64,000 bases of DNA from Myxococcales bacterium (GTDB taxonomy: Bacteria > Myxococcota_A > UBA9042 > JABWCM01 > BTVJ01). The DNA lies in assembly GCA_045863395.1 (NCBI GenBank), contig BTVJ01000023.1:1-64000 (forward strand), given 5' to 3'. Below are positions 48,643 to 58,431 of this stretch, piece after piece. Under the pieces are notes generated by a model. That model did not search any database and was not told the DNA's origin. It worked only from the letters and a program-made list of their open reading frames with translations. Made by a program: the position numbers and the translations under genes. How positions within the stretch are numbered: the first letter of the stretch is position 1; each line of letters begins with the position of its first letter.

Positions 48643-50724
48643 CTATCGTGCGCCCGCCCCGGGCGTCTGGATGCGTCCGAAGTCGGCGATGTCTGCGAAG
48701 AGGGCGCGGATCTCTCCAAGGAGCGCCAAGCGGTTCTGCCGGACGGCGTCGTCGTCGACCATCACCATGACGTGGTCGAAGAAGGCGTCGACCGCCGGCT
48801 TGAGCCCGGCGAGCGCGCACAGCGCCCCGTCGAAGTCGCAGCAGCCCACCAGGGCCCGGGCCTCGGCGCCGATGCGCCGCGTCTCCGCGAGGAGCGCCCG
48901 CTCCTGGTCCGAGTCCAGCAGATCGGCGTCCGGTCCGTCCGGCCCGATGGGCTGGCCCTTCGTGATGTTCATGACGCGCTTGAAGGCGATGGCCAGGGGC
49001 TCGAAGTCCTCCCGGCTCCGGAGCGCCGACAGCGCCTTGACCTTGGCCACCAGATCCACGAGGACGTCGCCGGGGGTGGCCAGCACCGCTTCGATGACGT
49101 CCGTGGCGTGGTCGCCCTGGAGCAGGCTCCGCAGGCGGCCCCGGAAGAACTCCACCACGTCCTCGGTCACGTCCGCGGCAGGGCGGGTGAGGCGGCCGTC
49201 GTAGGCGCCGATGGCGTGGGCGATCAGGACTCGGAGCGGAAGCGTCCAGCCACGCCCGAGGAAGGTGTGGATGATGCCCAGGGCGCCGCGGCGCAGCGCG
49301 TACGGGTCCTGGGTGCCCGTCGGCAGCAGGCCGAGGCCGAAGCAGCCGACGATGCTGTCGATCTTGTCCGCAACGGCCACGATGGCGCCTGCGTCGCTGG
49401 CCGGGACCGCGTCGCCGGCGAACCGCGGCTGGTAGTGCTCGTAGATGGCGGTCGCGACGGCCTCGGGCTCGCCGGAGTGCTTCGCGTACTCGCGGCCCAT
49501 GACCCCTTGGAGGTCCGGGAACTCGCCGACCATGTGGGTCGCGAGATCCGCCTTGCAGAGCAGGGCCGCTCGCTCCGCCAGGGACGCGGCGCCTGGGGCG
49601 CAGGCGGCGGCGATGGCGCCGGACAGCGCAACCAGGCGCTCCGCCTTCTCGCGGACGGTGCCCAGGCCCGCCAGGAAGATCCGCTGGGACAGGCGCTCCA
49701 CGTAGTCCTCGAGGGGGCGCTTCCGGTCCTCGGCGAAGAAGAACTGCGCATCGGACAGGCGCGCCGCCAGGACCCGCTGGTTGCCCCGGGTGACCAGGTC
49801 CATGTCCCGCGCAAGGGTGTTGCTCGCGACCAGGAAGTGGTTCAAGAGGGAGCCGTCGGCCGCCTCGAGCGCGAAGTAGCGCTGGTGGCTGCGCATGGAG
49901 GTGACGAGCACCTCCCGGGGCAGGGCCAGGAAGGCCGGGTCGAAGGTGCCCCGCGTCAGGTGGGGCCACTCGACGAGGTGGGTCACCTCCTCGACGAGGC
50001 CCTCGTCGGAGATGGCGCGGCCGCCGCCGGCGGAGCCCAGGGTCGCGACCTGCTCTCGGATGAGGCGCCGGCGCTCCTCCGGGTCCACGAGGACGTGGGC
50101 CTGCGCAAGGGCGGCCAGGAGCGCATCGGGGCCCGTGACGGTGATGCCCTGCGGCGCCATGAAGCGGTGGCCGTAGGTGGTGCGCCCGCTCCGCACCCCC
50201 GCGAACTCGAAGGGCACGACTTCAGAGCCGAGCAGCGCCACGATCCAGTGGACGGGGCGCACGAAGGGCTGGCCGCCCCGCCCCCAGCGCATGGCCTTCG
50301 GCCAGGGCATGGACGCGAGCAGCCGGGGCAGGACCTCGGCGAGCAGGGCGCCCACGGGACGACCCTGCACGTGCTTGCGGGCGGAGACGTAGGGTCCCTT
50401 GGGCGTGTCGACCACGGACAGGGCGGACAGGTCGACGCCCTCCCGCCGCGCGAAGCCCTCGGCGGCCTTGGTGGGCTGGCCGTCCTTGAAGGCGACGGCG
50501 GCCGGCGGGCCGAGCACGTCCGCGACGATGTCCTCCTGGCGGTCCGGGATGCTCCCGGCGGTCAGGATCAGGCGACGCGGCGTGACTGCCGTGCGCAGGT
50601 CGGAGACGGGCAGGCGCAGGGCCTCGCACTCCTTGCGGAAGCGGGCCTCCAGCTCGGCGACGCCGCCGGGCGCCATGCGGGCCGGGATCTCTTCGGTGCC
50701 GACCTCGAGGAGGAAGGTGGTCAT
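48643..50724 (-). CDS. glyS: glycine--tRNA ligase beta subunit
   Basis: [43 protein letters not shown] and C-terminal FFDHVMV...NRLALL. Confidence 0.97.
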   Translation of the reverse strand: MTTFLLEVGTEEIPARMAPGGVAELEARFRKECEALRLPVSDLRTAVTPRRLILTAGSIPDRQEDIVADVLGPPAAVAFKDGQPTKAAEGFARREGVDLSALSVVDTPKGPYVSARKHVQGRPVGALLAEVLPRLLASMPWPKAMRWGRGGQPFVRPVHWIVALLGSEVVPFEFAGVRSGRTTYGHRFMAPQGITVTGPDALLAALAQAHVLVDPEERRRLIREQVATLGSAGGGRAISDEGLVEEVTHLVEWPHLTRGTFDPAFLALPREVLVTSMRSHQRYFALEAADGSLLNHFLVASNTLARDMDLVTRGNQRVLAARLSDAQFFFAEDRKRPLEDYVERLSQRIFLAGLGTVREKAERLVALSGAIAAACAPGAASLAERAALLCKADLATHMVGEFPDLQGVMGREYAKHSGEPEAVATAIYEHYQPRFAGDAVPASDAGAIVAVADKIDSIVGCFGLGLLPTGTQDPYALRRGALGIIHTFLGRGWTLPLRVLIAHAIGAYDGRLTRPAADVTEDVVEFFRGRLRSLLQGDHATDVIEAVLATPGDVLVDLVAKVKALSALRSREDFEPLAIAFKRVMNITKGQPIGPDGPDADLLDSDQERALLAETRRIGAEARALVGCCDFDGALCALAGLKPAVDAFFDHVMVMVDDDAVRQNRLALLGEIRALFADIADFGRIQTPGAGAR

Positions 50725-51602
50725 GGCGCCACCTCCTTCTTGAGCATGGGGAAGCCGAGGCGCTCGCGCTGGGCGACGTAGGCCTCGGCGCAGCGGCGGG
50801 CGAGCCCCCGCACCCGGCCGATGTATTTCTGGCGCTCGGTCACGCTGATGGCGCCGCGGGCGTCGAGCACGTTGAAGACGTGGCTGCACTTCAGGGTGTA
50901 GTCGTAGGCCGGCAGGACCAGGCCCTGCTCGAGGATGCGCTGGCACTCCCGCTCGAACTTCTCGAACAGCTCCAGGTGGAGCGCGACGTCCGCCACCTCG
51001 AAGTTGTAGGTGGACAGCTCCACCTCGTCCTGGTGGTGCACCTCGCCGTAGGAGACGCCGTCCACCCACTCCAGGTCGTAGACCGAGCTCTTGCCCTGGA
51101 GGTACATGGTCAGGCGCTCCAGCCCGTAGGTGAGCTCCACCGCGACCGGGTCCAGCTCGATGCCGCCCGCCTGCTGGAAGTACGTGAACTGGCTCGCCTC
51201 CATGCCGTCGACCCAGACCTCCCAGCCCAGGCCCCAGGCGCCGAGGGTCGGGGACTCCCAGTCGTCCTCCACGAAGCGGATGTCGTGCTCCATGGGATCG
51301 ATGCCGAGCGCCTTGAGGCTCCCCAGGTACAGCTCCTGGATGTCGTGGGGTGCCGGCTTCATGATCACCTGGAACTGGTAGTACTTGCCGAGCCGGAACG
51401 GGTTCTCGCCGTAGCGCCCGTCGGTGGGGCGGCGCGAGGGCTCCACGAAGGCCGTGTTCCACGGCTCTGGGCCCAGCACGCGCAGGAAGGTCGACGGGTT
51501 GAACGTGCCCGCGCCCTTCTCCACGTCGTACGGTTGGACGATGACGCAGCCCCGGCGCGCCCAGTACTCCTGGAGGCGCAGGATCACCTCTTGAAATGTC
51601 AC
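50721..51602 (-). CDS. glyQ: glycine--tRNA ligase alpha subunit
   Basis: [47 protein letters not shown] and ELTYGLER. Confidence 0.98.
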   Translation of the reverse strand: MTFQEVILRLQEYWARRGCVIVQPYDVEKGAGTFNPSTFLRVLGPEPWNTAFVEPSRRPTDGRYGENPFRLGKYYQFQVIMKPAPHDIQELYLGSLKALGIDPMEHDIRFVEDDWESPTLGAWGLGWEVWVDGMEASQFTYFQQAGGIELDPVAVELTYGLERLTMYLQGKSSVYDLEWVDGVSYGEVHHQDEVELSTYNFEVADVALHLELFEKFERECQRILEQGLVLPAYDYTLKCSHVFNVLDARGAISVTERQKYIGRVRGLARRCAEAYVAQRERLGFPMLKKEVAP

Positions 51603-51642
51603 GACCTGAACCTCCCACGAAGGGCCGCCCCAAGGACGGCGA

Positions 51643-51672
51643 ACCGTAGCACCGGCGCCGCGGGAGCGTCAA
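51643..51672 (-). promoter_or_regulatory. sigma70-type promoter of the glyQS-ppdK operon
   Basis: Minus strand TTGACG-N18-TACGGT with an extended -10 TG. Confidence 0.55.
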
Positions 51673-51768
51673 GCGGGACCGGGCGCGCTCCCGGGCCCTG
51701 GTTGCGCGGACGCGCGGGTGGTATGGTGCCCACGTGGAGCGGTTCCCTGGCGCAGACGGAGGCGCGCG

Positions 51769-52578
51769 ATGAGCTTGAGGGTCTGGAGCATGAGCGTGGT
51801 CTGTGTGGGCGTCTTGCTCCATGGCTGTGAGCCGCAGGAGACGGTGATCATCGAGACCCACACGTCCGGCCCCGACGTGCAGGCGGGGGGCCCGGTGGAC
51901 GTCCTGGAGGCGACGCCCGACGTGCCTTCGGTGGAGGACACCGGTGGTGAGGCGCCAAAGCCGAGCGGATTGCCCGACATCTCGGCCTTCGTCCCCGCCG
52001 GTCCCGTGACCCGCAACGCGTCTTGCAATGCGCCGTCGTCCTTCTCCAAGGGCGAGAACGTGCCCTGGAAGGGCTTCATCCATGACGGCAAGACGTACAC
52101 CTGCAACCGCTGCCCCGGCGGCGACGAGCCGGCGCAGGGGGAGTGGCGCTTCGTGGACTTCGACACGGAGGACCCGGAGACCAAGCTCAACGACAACTAC
52201 AAGGAGCTGCTGATCTTCGAGGGCAGCACCTGGCGGCAGCACTCCTCGGGCCTGGACCTGGGCCAGCAGACCGACGCGTGGATCGAGGGCTACTACTTCC
52301 GCGGGGACGTGGCCGAGATCCCCGACCAGAAGCACGTCTTCGTGGTCACGCGGGTCGAGCCGGAGGGCGCGTTCGGCTGGCAGGAGGGCCTCGTGTTCAC
52401 GGGCAAGCTCTACAAGCAGGGCACCGACAAGCTCGCCTTCGAGTTTCAGGAGGGCTTCCTGACCGGCAAGCTCGGCGTCGCCATGTACTGCCGCCCCGGG
52501 ACCATGGTGAACACCTACCCCGACGGCCCTGCCGGGAAGGCCGTGAAGAAGCTGTGCCCGCACCCGTTCGGGGGGTAG
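51769..52578 (+). CDS. hypothetical lipoprotein
   Basis: GGAGG RBS, lipobox LHGC and strong coding bias. Confidence 0.75.
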   Translation: MSLRVWSMSVVCVGVLLHGCEPQETVIIETHTSGPDVQAGGPVDVLEATPDVPSVEDTGGEAPKPSGLPDISAFVPAGPVTRNASCNAPSSFSKGENVPWKGFIHDGKTYTCNRCPGGDEPAQGEWRFVDFDTEDPETKLNDNYKELLIFEGSTWRQHSSGLDLGQQTDAWIEGYYFRGDVAEIPDQKHVFVVTRVEPEGAFGWQEGLVFTGKLYKQGTDKLAFEFQEGFLTGKLGVAMYCRPGTMVNTYPDGPAGKAVKKLCPHPFGG

Positions 52579-52595
52579 CACCTCGTCCAACGAGC

Positions 52596-52850
52596 ATGAG
52601 CACTCACGAGGACATCACGGTTCTCAGGGAGCGCGGTCAGACCTCGATCCCCGCCGAGCTGCGGCGTGATGTGGGGTCGGGAAGGGGCAGTGGCTCCTCT
52701 GGGAGCGGGTCGCTGAGCACGAGCTGCGGGTGCGCGTCGCAGGGACGGAGCGTGCCGCGGGCGCGTCCTCGGTCCTCGGCTCCGCCCGCCGATTTCGTGC
52801 GACTCGCTCGACACAGGACTGGATGGGCGAGCTGCGCGAAGGTGAGAGGG
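52596..52850 (+). pseudogene. AbrB/MazE/SpoVT-type antitoxin (vapB-like), frameshifted
   Basis: MSTHEDITVLRERGQTSIPAELRR matches the AbrB pattern RGQxxIPxxLR. It continues in another frame as GQWLLWE...STQDWMGELREGE after about 52675. Confidence 0.7.
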
Positions 52851-52851
52851 G

Positions 52852-53244
52852 AGCGCGTAGGCCGTCGACACCTGCGTCCTCATCGACGTCTTCGAGGATG
52901 AAGATCGATTCGGGGCCTCCTCTGCCCGGTGCCTGAATGAACTTCTGGAGGAGGGGCTGGTGGTGTGCCCCGTCACCTACGTGGAGCTTGCGCCCGCGTT
53001 CGATGGTGACGCGGGACTGCCGGGAGCCTTCCTGTCGGCCGTGGGAGCGTCCTGGCACGAGCCCTTGACGTGGCAAGGCACCGCTGTCGCCCAGGGCGCC
53101 TGGACGCGGTACATCAGGCGTCGGCGCCGCGAGGGGCTCAGGCGTCGCCCCATCGCCGACGTCCTGATCGGAGCCTTTGCTTGCCGCGACGCCGGGCTCG
53201 TGACCCGGACCTCCTCGACGGTTCCACTCCGCAGGTGCCGGTGA
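52852..53244 (+). pseudogene. PIN-domain toxin (vapC-like), start lost and containing a nonsense codon
   Basis: In-frame TAG at 52858-52860 just before AVDTCVLID, then CPVTYVEL, PIADVLIGAFA and LVTR. Confidence 0.75.
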
Positions 53245-53298
53245 CTGAGACGCCCGGAAGCGGCCATGCAGGCCGTCCAGCTATCTCTGTTGACTCTG

Positions 53299-54807
53299 TC
53301 AAGGCCAGTTGCAGCGCTTGCCGCTGAAGACGGTGCCTGTGCAGACGAGCGGGGACGTGCAATCAGCGTCTGCGGAGCACTTGCGGTAGAGGCAGACGCC
53401 GAGTTCGTCCTCTCCGAACGGAATGATCGGTTTGATGTGGTCGGGGTGATCCCAGCACGTAGGAGTCACGCGCGTGTTCAGGAAGCTCCCGCAGATGCCC
53501 TGCGTGGGATCGGCGGTGACGCGGAAGCACGCCCCGCGGCAGGGGATCTCGGGAGCGGCGTTTCCGGTCGGCGCCATGACGCAGGGGTCGCCGTCGGGCA
53601 GGGCCGCCATGTCGACGGCTGGCCCGCAGATACCGTAGCGTGTCTGGCAGGCCGTGCCGGGCGGACAGTCGGAGTCGGCGGAACAGAACGGATAGCAGCC
53701 CGCGGCGTCGGGGCCCTCGCGCAGGACCCAGAAGCCGGTGCAGATCTGGGCCGGGGCGCAGGTTCCCTCGCCGGGGACGCACGCGGCCGTGCAGAGCCCG
53801 CCGTCGCCGGTCTGGCTGAGGCACGTGGTGCCGTCGCCGCCGCACTCCTCCTGCTCCATCTCGGGAGTCGCGTCTTTGCAGCCGGCCGTGCAGAGCCCGA
53901 GGGTGTTTCGCGCGTCGCAGATGGCGCAGTCGCCCTCGCAGTCGGAGTCGTTCCAGCAGGGGGCGCCGATGCCGCCGCCCGGGAGCTTCGGCGCTTCGAA
54001 GGCGGGCGCCGTGTCGCAGGCAGCGTCCCGCCCGGTCGCGAAGCTGCTCGCGCGCAGGTGGATCGTGACGACGCGCGACCAGACCTTCTCGGCGCCGGGG
54101 CGGCCTCGGCAGTCCTCGAACCAGCCCTGCTCATTCCACGCGCACAGCGGCTCGGCGCCGCCGCAGGACCCCGCGGCCGCGATGCCACAGAGGTTGCCGG
54201 GCTTCGTGCACACGCGGACCGTCGAGTAGAACGGGTCGTTGCCGGCGCCGCGGCAAGAGAGCTGCCGCTGGGGCTCGAGGAAGATGTTGCCGTAGAAGGC
54301 GCCCTCCTGGGTCGGGAAGTCGGCGGCGTCCGCGGCGGAGAGTCCCCCGAGCGCCGGATGCGGGCCGCTCATGTAGATCGCGACCGGGATGCCGTAGACA
54401 TTCGTACGCGCAAGCATACAGGCCGAGACCCACTCCTGGCAGGCGTCGTCGCACGGGCCCTGCGCCCACTCGGGGGCGAGCCCGACGCCGCCCGTGAGCT
54501 CGAGCGGTCCATCGGCCGTGGAGATCGAGAGGGCCGCCTCGGGTGGCAGGGCGCACTGGACGAGGTAGGTGGCGACCTTGGCCAGCGCCGGATCGTCAGC
54601 GATGGCCTCGGTGATCGGCAGGCCGGCCACACCCTCGGTCGTGAGCGGATGGTGGATCAGCTCGCGGAACGGACCAGCCTGGGCGACATCGAGGCAGTTC
54701 GTGAAGATGGGTGGGTGCCGGGGCGGCGCCTCGACCGGAGCCGCGTCGCGGACCGTGCTTGGGAGCGCGCTCCCGACGGCGACGAACAGCACTGTGATCG
54801 TCCTCAC
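53299..54807 (-). CDS. secreted Cys-rich protein with a myxobacterial-type N-terminal domain
   Basis: GGAGGGAGG RBS and signal peptide. YLVQCALP, GLAPEW, CQEWVSACMLARTN and EGAFYGNIF motifs, then many C-x-x-D-x-D-C repeats. Confidence 0.8.
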   Translation of the reverse strand: MRTITVLFVAVGSALPSTVRDAAPVEAPPRHPPIFTNCLDVAQAGPFRELIHHPLTTEGVAGLPITEAIADDPALAKVATYLVQCALPPEAALSISTADGPLELTGGVGLAPEWAQGPCDDACQEWVSACMLARTNVYGIPVAIYMSGPHPALGGLSAADAADFPTQEGAFYGNIFLEPQRQLSCRGAGNDPFYSTVRVCTKPGNLCGIAAAGSCGGAEPLCAWNEQGWFEDCRGRPGAEKVWSRVVTIHLRASSFATGRDAACDTAPAFEAPKLPGGGIGAPCWNDSDCEGDCAICDARNTLGLCTAGCKDATPEMEQEECGGDGTTCLSQTGDGGLCTAACVPGEGTCAPAQICTGFWVLREGPDAAGCYPFCSADSDCPPGTACQTRYGICGPAVDMAALPDGDPCVMAPTGNAAPEIPCRGACFRVTADPTQGICGSFLNTRVTPTCWDHPDHIKPIIPFGEDELGVCLYRKCSADADCTSPLVCTGTVFSGKRCNWP

Positions 54808-54868
54808 GGCCTCCCTCCGCTGCTGCGGGGCGTTGACGCGGCGCCCGGGCGGCCGTATGTGTAATCCC

Positions 54869-55282
54869 ATGCGCTTCGCCCTGGCCGGGATTATCGTACT
54901 CACGCTCGCAGCCTGCAACACGCCTGCCGCCACCCCGAAGGCCGCCACCCCTCAGGACACCGCCACGCAGGATACGCATCTCGACGTACAGGCAACCGAT
55001 GCCACGGGGCAGGCCGACGGAGCCAAAGCAGACGCGCGCGTGACCGACGCCGGCATGGCCGATGCGGCCACCCCTTTCGCGTGTGCTTGCGAGGACGCGG
55101 AGGACTGCCTCGGCTGCTATCAGCGCATCGCCACGTGCTGCTACGACGACCCCACCTGGATGGGCCAGGTCGAGCGCCTGGCCGGCAATTGCGAACGCGA
55201 CGGCTCCTGCCGCACGTGCTGCAACGAGTGTCTCGCCCGCTCCTGCGACGAGCTGAAGGCGAGCCATCACTGTCCGCTGTAG
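54869..55282 (+). CDS. small lipoprotein with a 13-Cys C-terminal domain
   Basis: Lipobox LAAC, Asp/Ala/Thr linker and a Cys-dense final ~66 aa. Confidence 0.75.
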   Translation: MRFALAGIIVLTLAACNTPAATPKAATPQDTATQDTHLDVQATDATGQADGAKADARVTDAGMADAATPFACACEDAEDCLGCYQRIATCCYDDPTWMGQVERLAGNCERDGSCRTCCNECLARSCDELKASHHCPL

Positions 55283-55734
55283 GACCGCGTGCGCTGAGGG
55301 GGCCATCTCCGTAAGGGCACGCGGGGGGCTACACGCGCGGGTGGTCGGGCGGTGGAGGGGTGGAGGGCGGGGCCGTGGCGAACTCAGTCGCATGGTGAGG
55401 TTGTGTGGTTCGGCCCTCTGGTGACCTGTGGTGCTCACCGGAGGGGTACGTACCATGGCCGGACCCGCCTCGGGCAGTCGGTGGAGCGCTCCACATCGCG
55501 ATCCGATCGGGGACGGACGGCAGGTGGAGGGGTGCACCTGCCGCCCGAACCGGTTTCGTCCGCCAGGTGGAGCGCCTGGGATTGACGGGGGACTCGGAGC
55601 CGCTGAACTCGTACGCGTAGATCTCCACGCGACCGAACTCTTCGCCGAGCCACTCATCCTCGGGAGGACGGGCCGCCCGCCGGGATGCAGCGGGGCCTGA
55701 GCAGCACAGGTCGTCGCGCACTGGCGCCTGGGCG

Positions 55735-56487
55735 CTACCCAGCCTTGTGGAGCCCGAACGGCGCGCCCGTCGGGTCCTGGGCGATGGCGATGCGGCCGAT
55801 GCCGGGGATGTCCATGGGCTCCAGCATCAGCGAGCCGCCCAGGGCGACGGCGCGCTGGGCCACCGCGTCCACGTCCGCCACCTTCACGTAGGAGAGCCAG
55901 AAGGTCGGGCCGCCCTCGGTGGCGTTCCCGATGCCGGCCACGTCCTTGTCGCCGCGGCAGAGCACCGTGTAGGGCATCATGTCCACGTCCATCGCGCGCT
56001 CCGTCCAGCCGAAGATCCCGCACAGGAAGGCGGCCGCCGCGGCCCGGTCGCTGCTGCTCAGCTCCGGCCACACGAAGGCGCCGACCGGCGTCGGGGACTC
56101 GTCTTCCGGCATCTGCTGGAGGCCCCGGAAGGGGGCGATGAAGCCGCCTGTGGGGTCCGCGATGATGGCGAAGCGCCCGACGGTCGGGATGTCGGTCGGG
56201 GGGACGTGGACCGCGCCGCCCAAGAACTTGGCTGCGGCTGCGGCCGCGTCCACGTCCTCCACCGTGGTGTAGTGGATCCAGTGGGAGGGCACGTCCGGCG
56301 CCTTCGCGGCCTCGATGCCCCCGAAGTCCTTGCCGCTGTTCGCGAACATGGTGTACTCGGCCTCGGGGCCCATGCTCATGGTGCGGGTGGTCCAGCCGAG
56401 GAGCTCCGTGTAGAAGGCCTTGGCGCGCTCCGGGTCCGTGGTGATCAGGTCGTACCAGACGATGCGTCCGGGCAGTGGGGTGGTCAT
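55735..56487 (-). CDS. VOC/glyoxalase family protein (two domains)
   Basis: VWYDLIT-D...AKAFY...LGW, W-x-x-Y-x-x-VEDVD and GRFAIIADPTG, repeated twice. AAGGAG RBS. Confidence 0.92.
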   Translation of the reverse strand: MTTPLPGRIVWYDLITTDPERAKAFYTELLGWTTRTMSMGPEAEYTMFANSGKDFGGIEAAKAPDVPSHWIHYTTVEDVDAAAAAAKFLGGAVHVPPTDIPTVGRFAIIADPTGGFIAPFRGLQQMPEDESPTPVGAFVWPELSSSDRAAAAAFLCGIFGWTERAMDVDMMPYTVLCRGDKDVAGIGNATEGGPTFWLSYVKVADVDAVAQRAVALGGSLMLEPMDIPGIGRIAIAQDPTGAPFGLHKAG

Positions 56488-56628
56488 GGCGCTGCTCCTT
56501 GTCGCAATGGGTTGCGGTGGGAGGAGAGCACCACGGCGGGCGCTCGTCAACCGGCACCCATGGGCGGGCGCCGTCTTTGGTCGCGTCGCCTGGCGCGCGC
56601 CCTCTGTCGGTCGTATGCTCCCCGCCCG

Positions 56629-58431
56629 GTGGCACCGCTCTCCTCCCAGCTCGCGCAGCTCCGGTCCCTCGTGGCCCTGCTGCGCCCGTATCGCGCCCGC
56701 TGGTGGCTCGCCACGTCTGCGCTGCTGCTGGGCGGCGTCGTCAACCTGGCGCTCCCGCAGGCGTTTCGGGTGGGCATCGACGGCGCCCTCGCCCAGGGCG
56801 ACCCCAACCGCTACAACGTCGTCGCCGGGGTGACGGCCCTCGGCGCCGTCGTGCTTTCCGGCGCCATCTGGATGCGCCACGTGCTGATGAGCTGGCTCGG
56901 GAACCGGGTCGTCGCCGACCTGCGCGACCGTACGTTCCGGCACCTGCTCAGGCACCCCCCGGCCTTCTTCCACGAGCGGCGCTCCGGCGAGCTGGTCAGC
57001 CGCCTGACCAGTGACATCGAGATGGTGCAGCATGCCGTGGGGGCGGAGCTGTCCGTGACGCTCCGATCCTCGATCATCGTGGTGGGCGGCCTCGCGGCTC
57101 TGCTCTGGACGAGCCCGCTCCTGACGGGGGTCATGATCGTGCTGCTGCCCCCGCTGGCGGTGGGGGCCGTCGCCGTCGGCAAGCGCATCAAGGCGCGCTC
57201 CCGGGAGGCCCAGGACCTGCTCGCGACGGCCAACGCCGGGCTGAAGGAGGCGATCACGGGCATCGAGACCGTTCAGACCTTCCGCGCCGAGGAGCGGGAG
57301 GCCCGCCGCTATGCCAGCTTCGTGGATCGGGCCTTCGACGCCATCCAGAGCATCGCCTGGGCCCGAGGGGCGCTGATCGCCGGGGCCCAGCTCGGGGCGT
57401 ACCTGGCGATCATCGTCATCCTGTGGATCGGCGGCCTCAAGGTGCTGGACGGGACGCTTGGCGCCGGGGAGCTGGCGTCGTTCCTGCTCTACACGCTCAT
57501 GGTGACGGCGGCGCTCGTGTCGCTCGCCGAGGTGTGGGGCAACCTGCAGCGCGCGGCCGGCGCTACGGGGCGCATCTTCGAGCTCCTGGACGAGGACCCG
57601 ACCATCGTGGACGCCCCCGACGCTCGCCCGCTGCCGCGGGTGGAGGGGCGCGTGCGCTTCGACGGGGTGTCCTTCACCTACCCGAGCCGCCCCAGCGTGA
57701 CCGTGCTGCGGGACGTGAGCTTCGAGGCGCACCCGGGGCAGGTGGTGGCCCTGGTCGGGCGGTCCGGGGCCGGGAAGAGCACCATCGCCGCCCTGGTACA
57801 CCGGTTCTATGACCCAGCAGCCGGTACAGTGAGCGTCGACGGCTGCGACCTGCGGACCGTGCGCCTCGCGGACCTGCGCCGGGCCATCGGGACCGTGCAG
57901 CAGGAGCCGGTGCTCTTCAGCGGCACCATCGCCGAGAACATCGCCTACGGTCGAGCCGGAGCGACCGACGCCGACGTCCGCGCCGCGGCGGCAGACGCCT
58001 GGATCAGCGACTTCGTCGACGCCCTGCCCGACGGCTATGCCTCGATGGTCGGTGAGCGCGGCGTCAAGCTGTCCGGCGGGCAGCGGCAGCGCATCGCCAT
58101 CGCGCGGGCGCTGCTCGCGGACCCGCGGATCTTGATCCTCGACGAGGCGACGAGCCACCTGGACAGCGAGAACGAGGCGCTGGTCCACGCCGCGCTCCAG
58201 CGCCTGATGCTGGGGAGGACCACGCTGGTCATCGCGCACCGGTTGAACACCATCCGCAAAGCGGACATCATCCTCGTGCTCGATGAGGGGCGCATCGTGG
58301 AGCGGGGGACCTGGGACGAGCTGCTCTCCGGCGACACCGTGTTTCGCCGGTTGGTAGGCGCCCAGGCCGAGGCGGGCGCCGTATTGCTGGATCTGGGGGC
58401 CGAGAGGGAGCCCGCGAGGGCGGATGGATGA
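56629..58431 (+). CDS. ABC exporter, fused TMD-NBD (MsbA-like)
   Basis: Six-TM domain with SGELVSRLTSD, then GRSGAGKST, LSGGQRQR, ILDEATS and IAHRL. Confidence 0.93.
   Translation: MAPLSSQLAQLRSLVALLRPYRARWWLATSALLLGGVVNLALPQAFRVGIDGALAQGDPNRYNVVAGVTALGAVVLSGAIWMRHVLMSWLGNRVVADLRDRTFRHLLRHPPAFFHERRSGELVSRLTSDIEMVQHAVGAELSVTLRSSIIVVGGLAALLWTSPLLTGVMIVLLPPLAVGAVAVGKRIKARSREAQDLLATANAGLKEAITGIETVQTFRAEEREARRYASFVDRAFDAIQSIAWARGALIAGAQLGAYLAIIVILWIGGLKVLDGTLGAGELASFLLYTLMVTAALVSLAEVWGNLQRAAGATGRIFELLDEDPTIVDAPDARPLPRVEGRVRFDGVSFTYPSRPSVTVLRDVSFEAHPGQVVALVGRSGAGKSTIAALVHRFYDPAAGTVSVDGCDLRTVRLADLRRAIGTVQQEPVLFSGTIAENIAYGRAGATDADVRAAAADAWISDFVDALPDGYASMVGERGVKLSGGQRQRIAIARALLADPRILILDEATSHLDSENEALVHAALQRLMLGRTTLVIAHRLNTIRKADIILVLDEGRIVERGTWDELLSGDTVFRRLVGAQAEAGAVLLDLGAEREPARADG

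Noticed and set aside
50725..52590. Long N-terminal extension of GlyS (1315-aa ORF), suggesting a fused enzyme
   Set aside because: Out-of-frame overlap of glyQ plus antisense of the 51769 gene. GlyS starts at MTTFLLEVG (50724).
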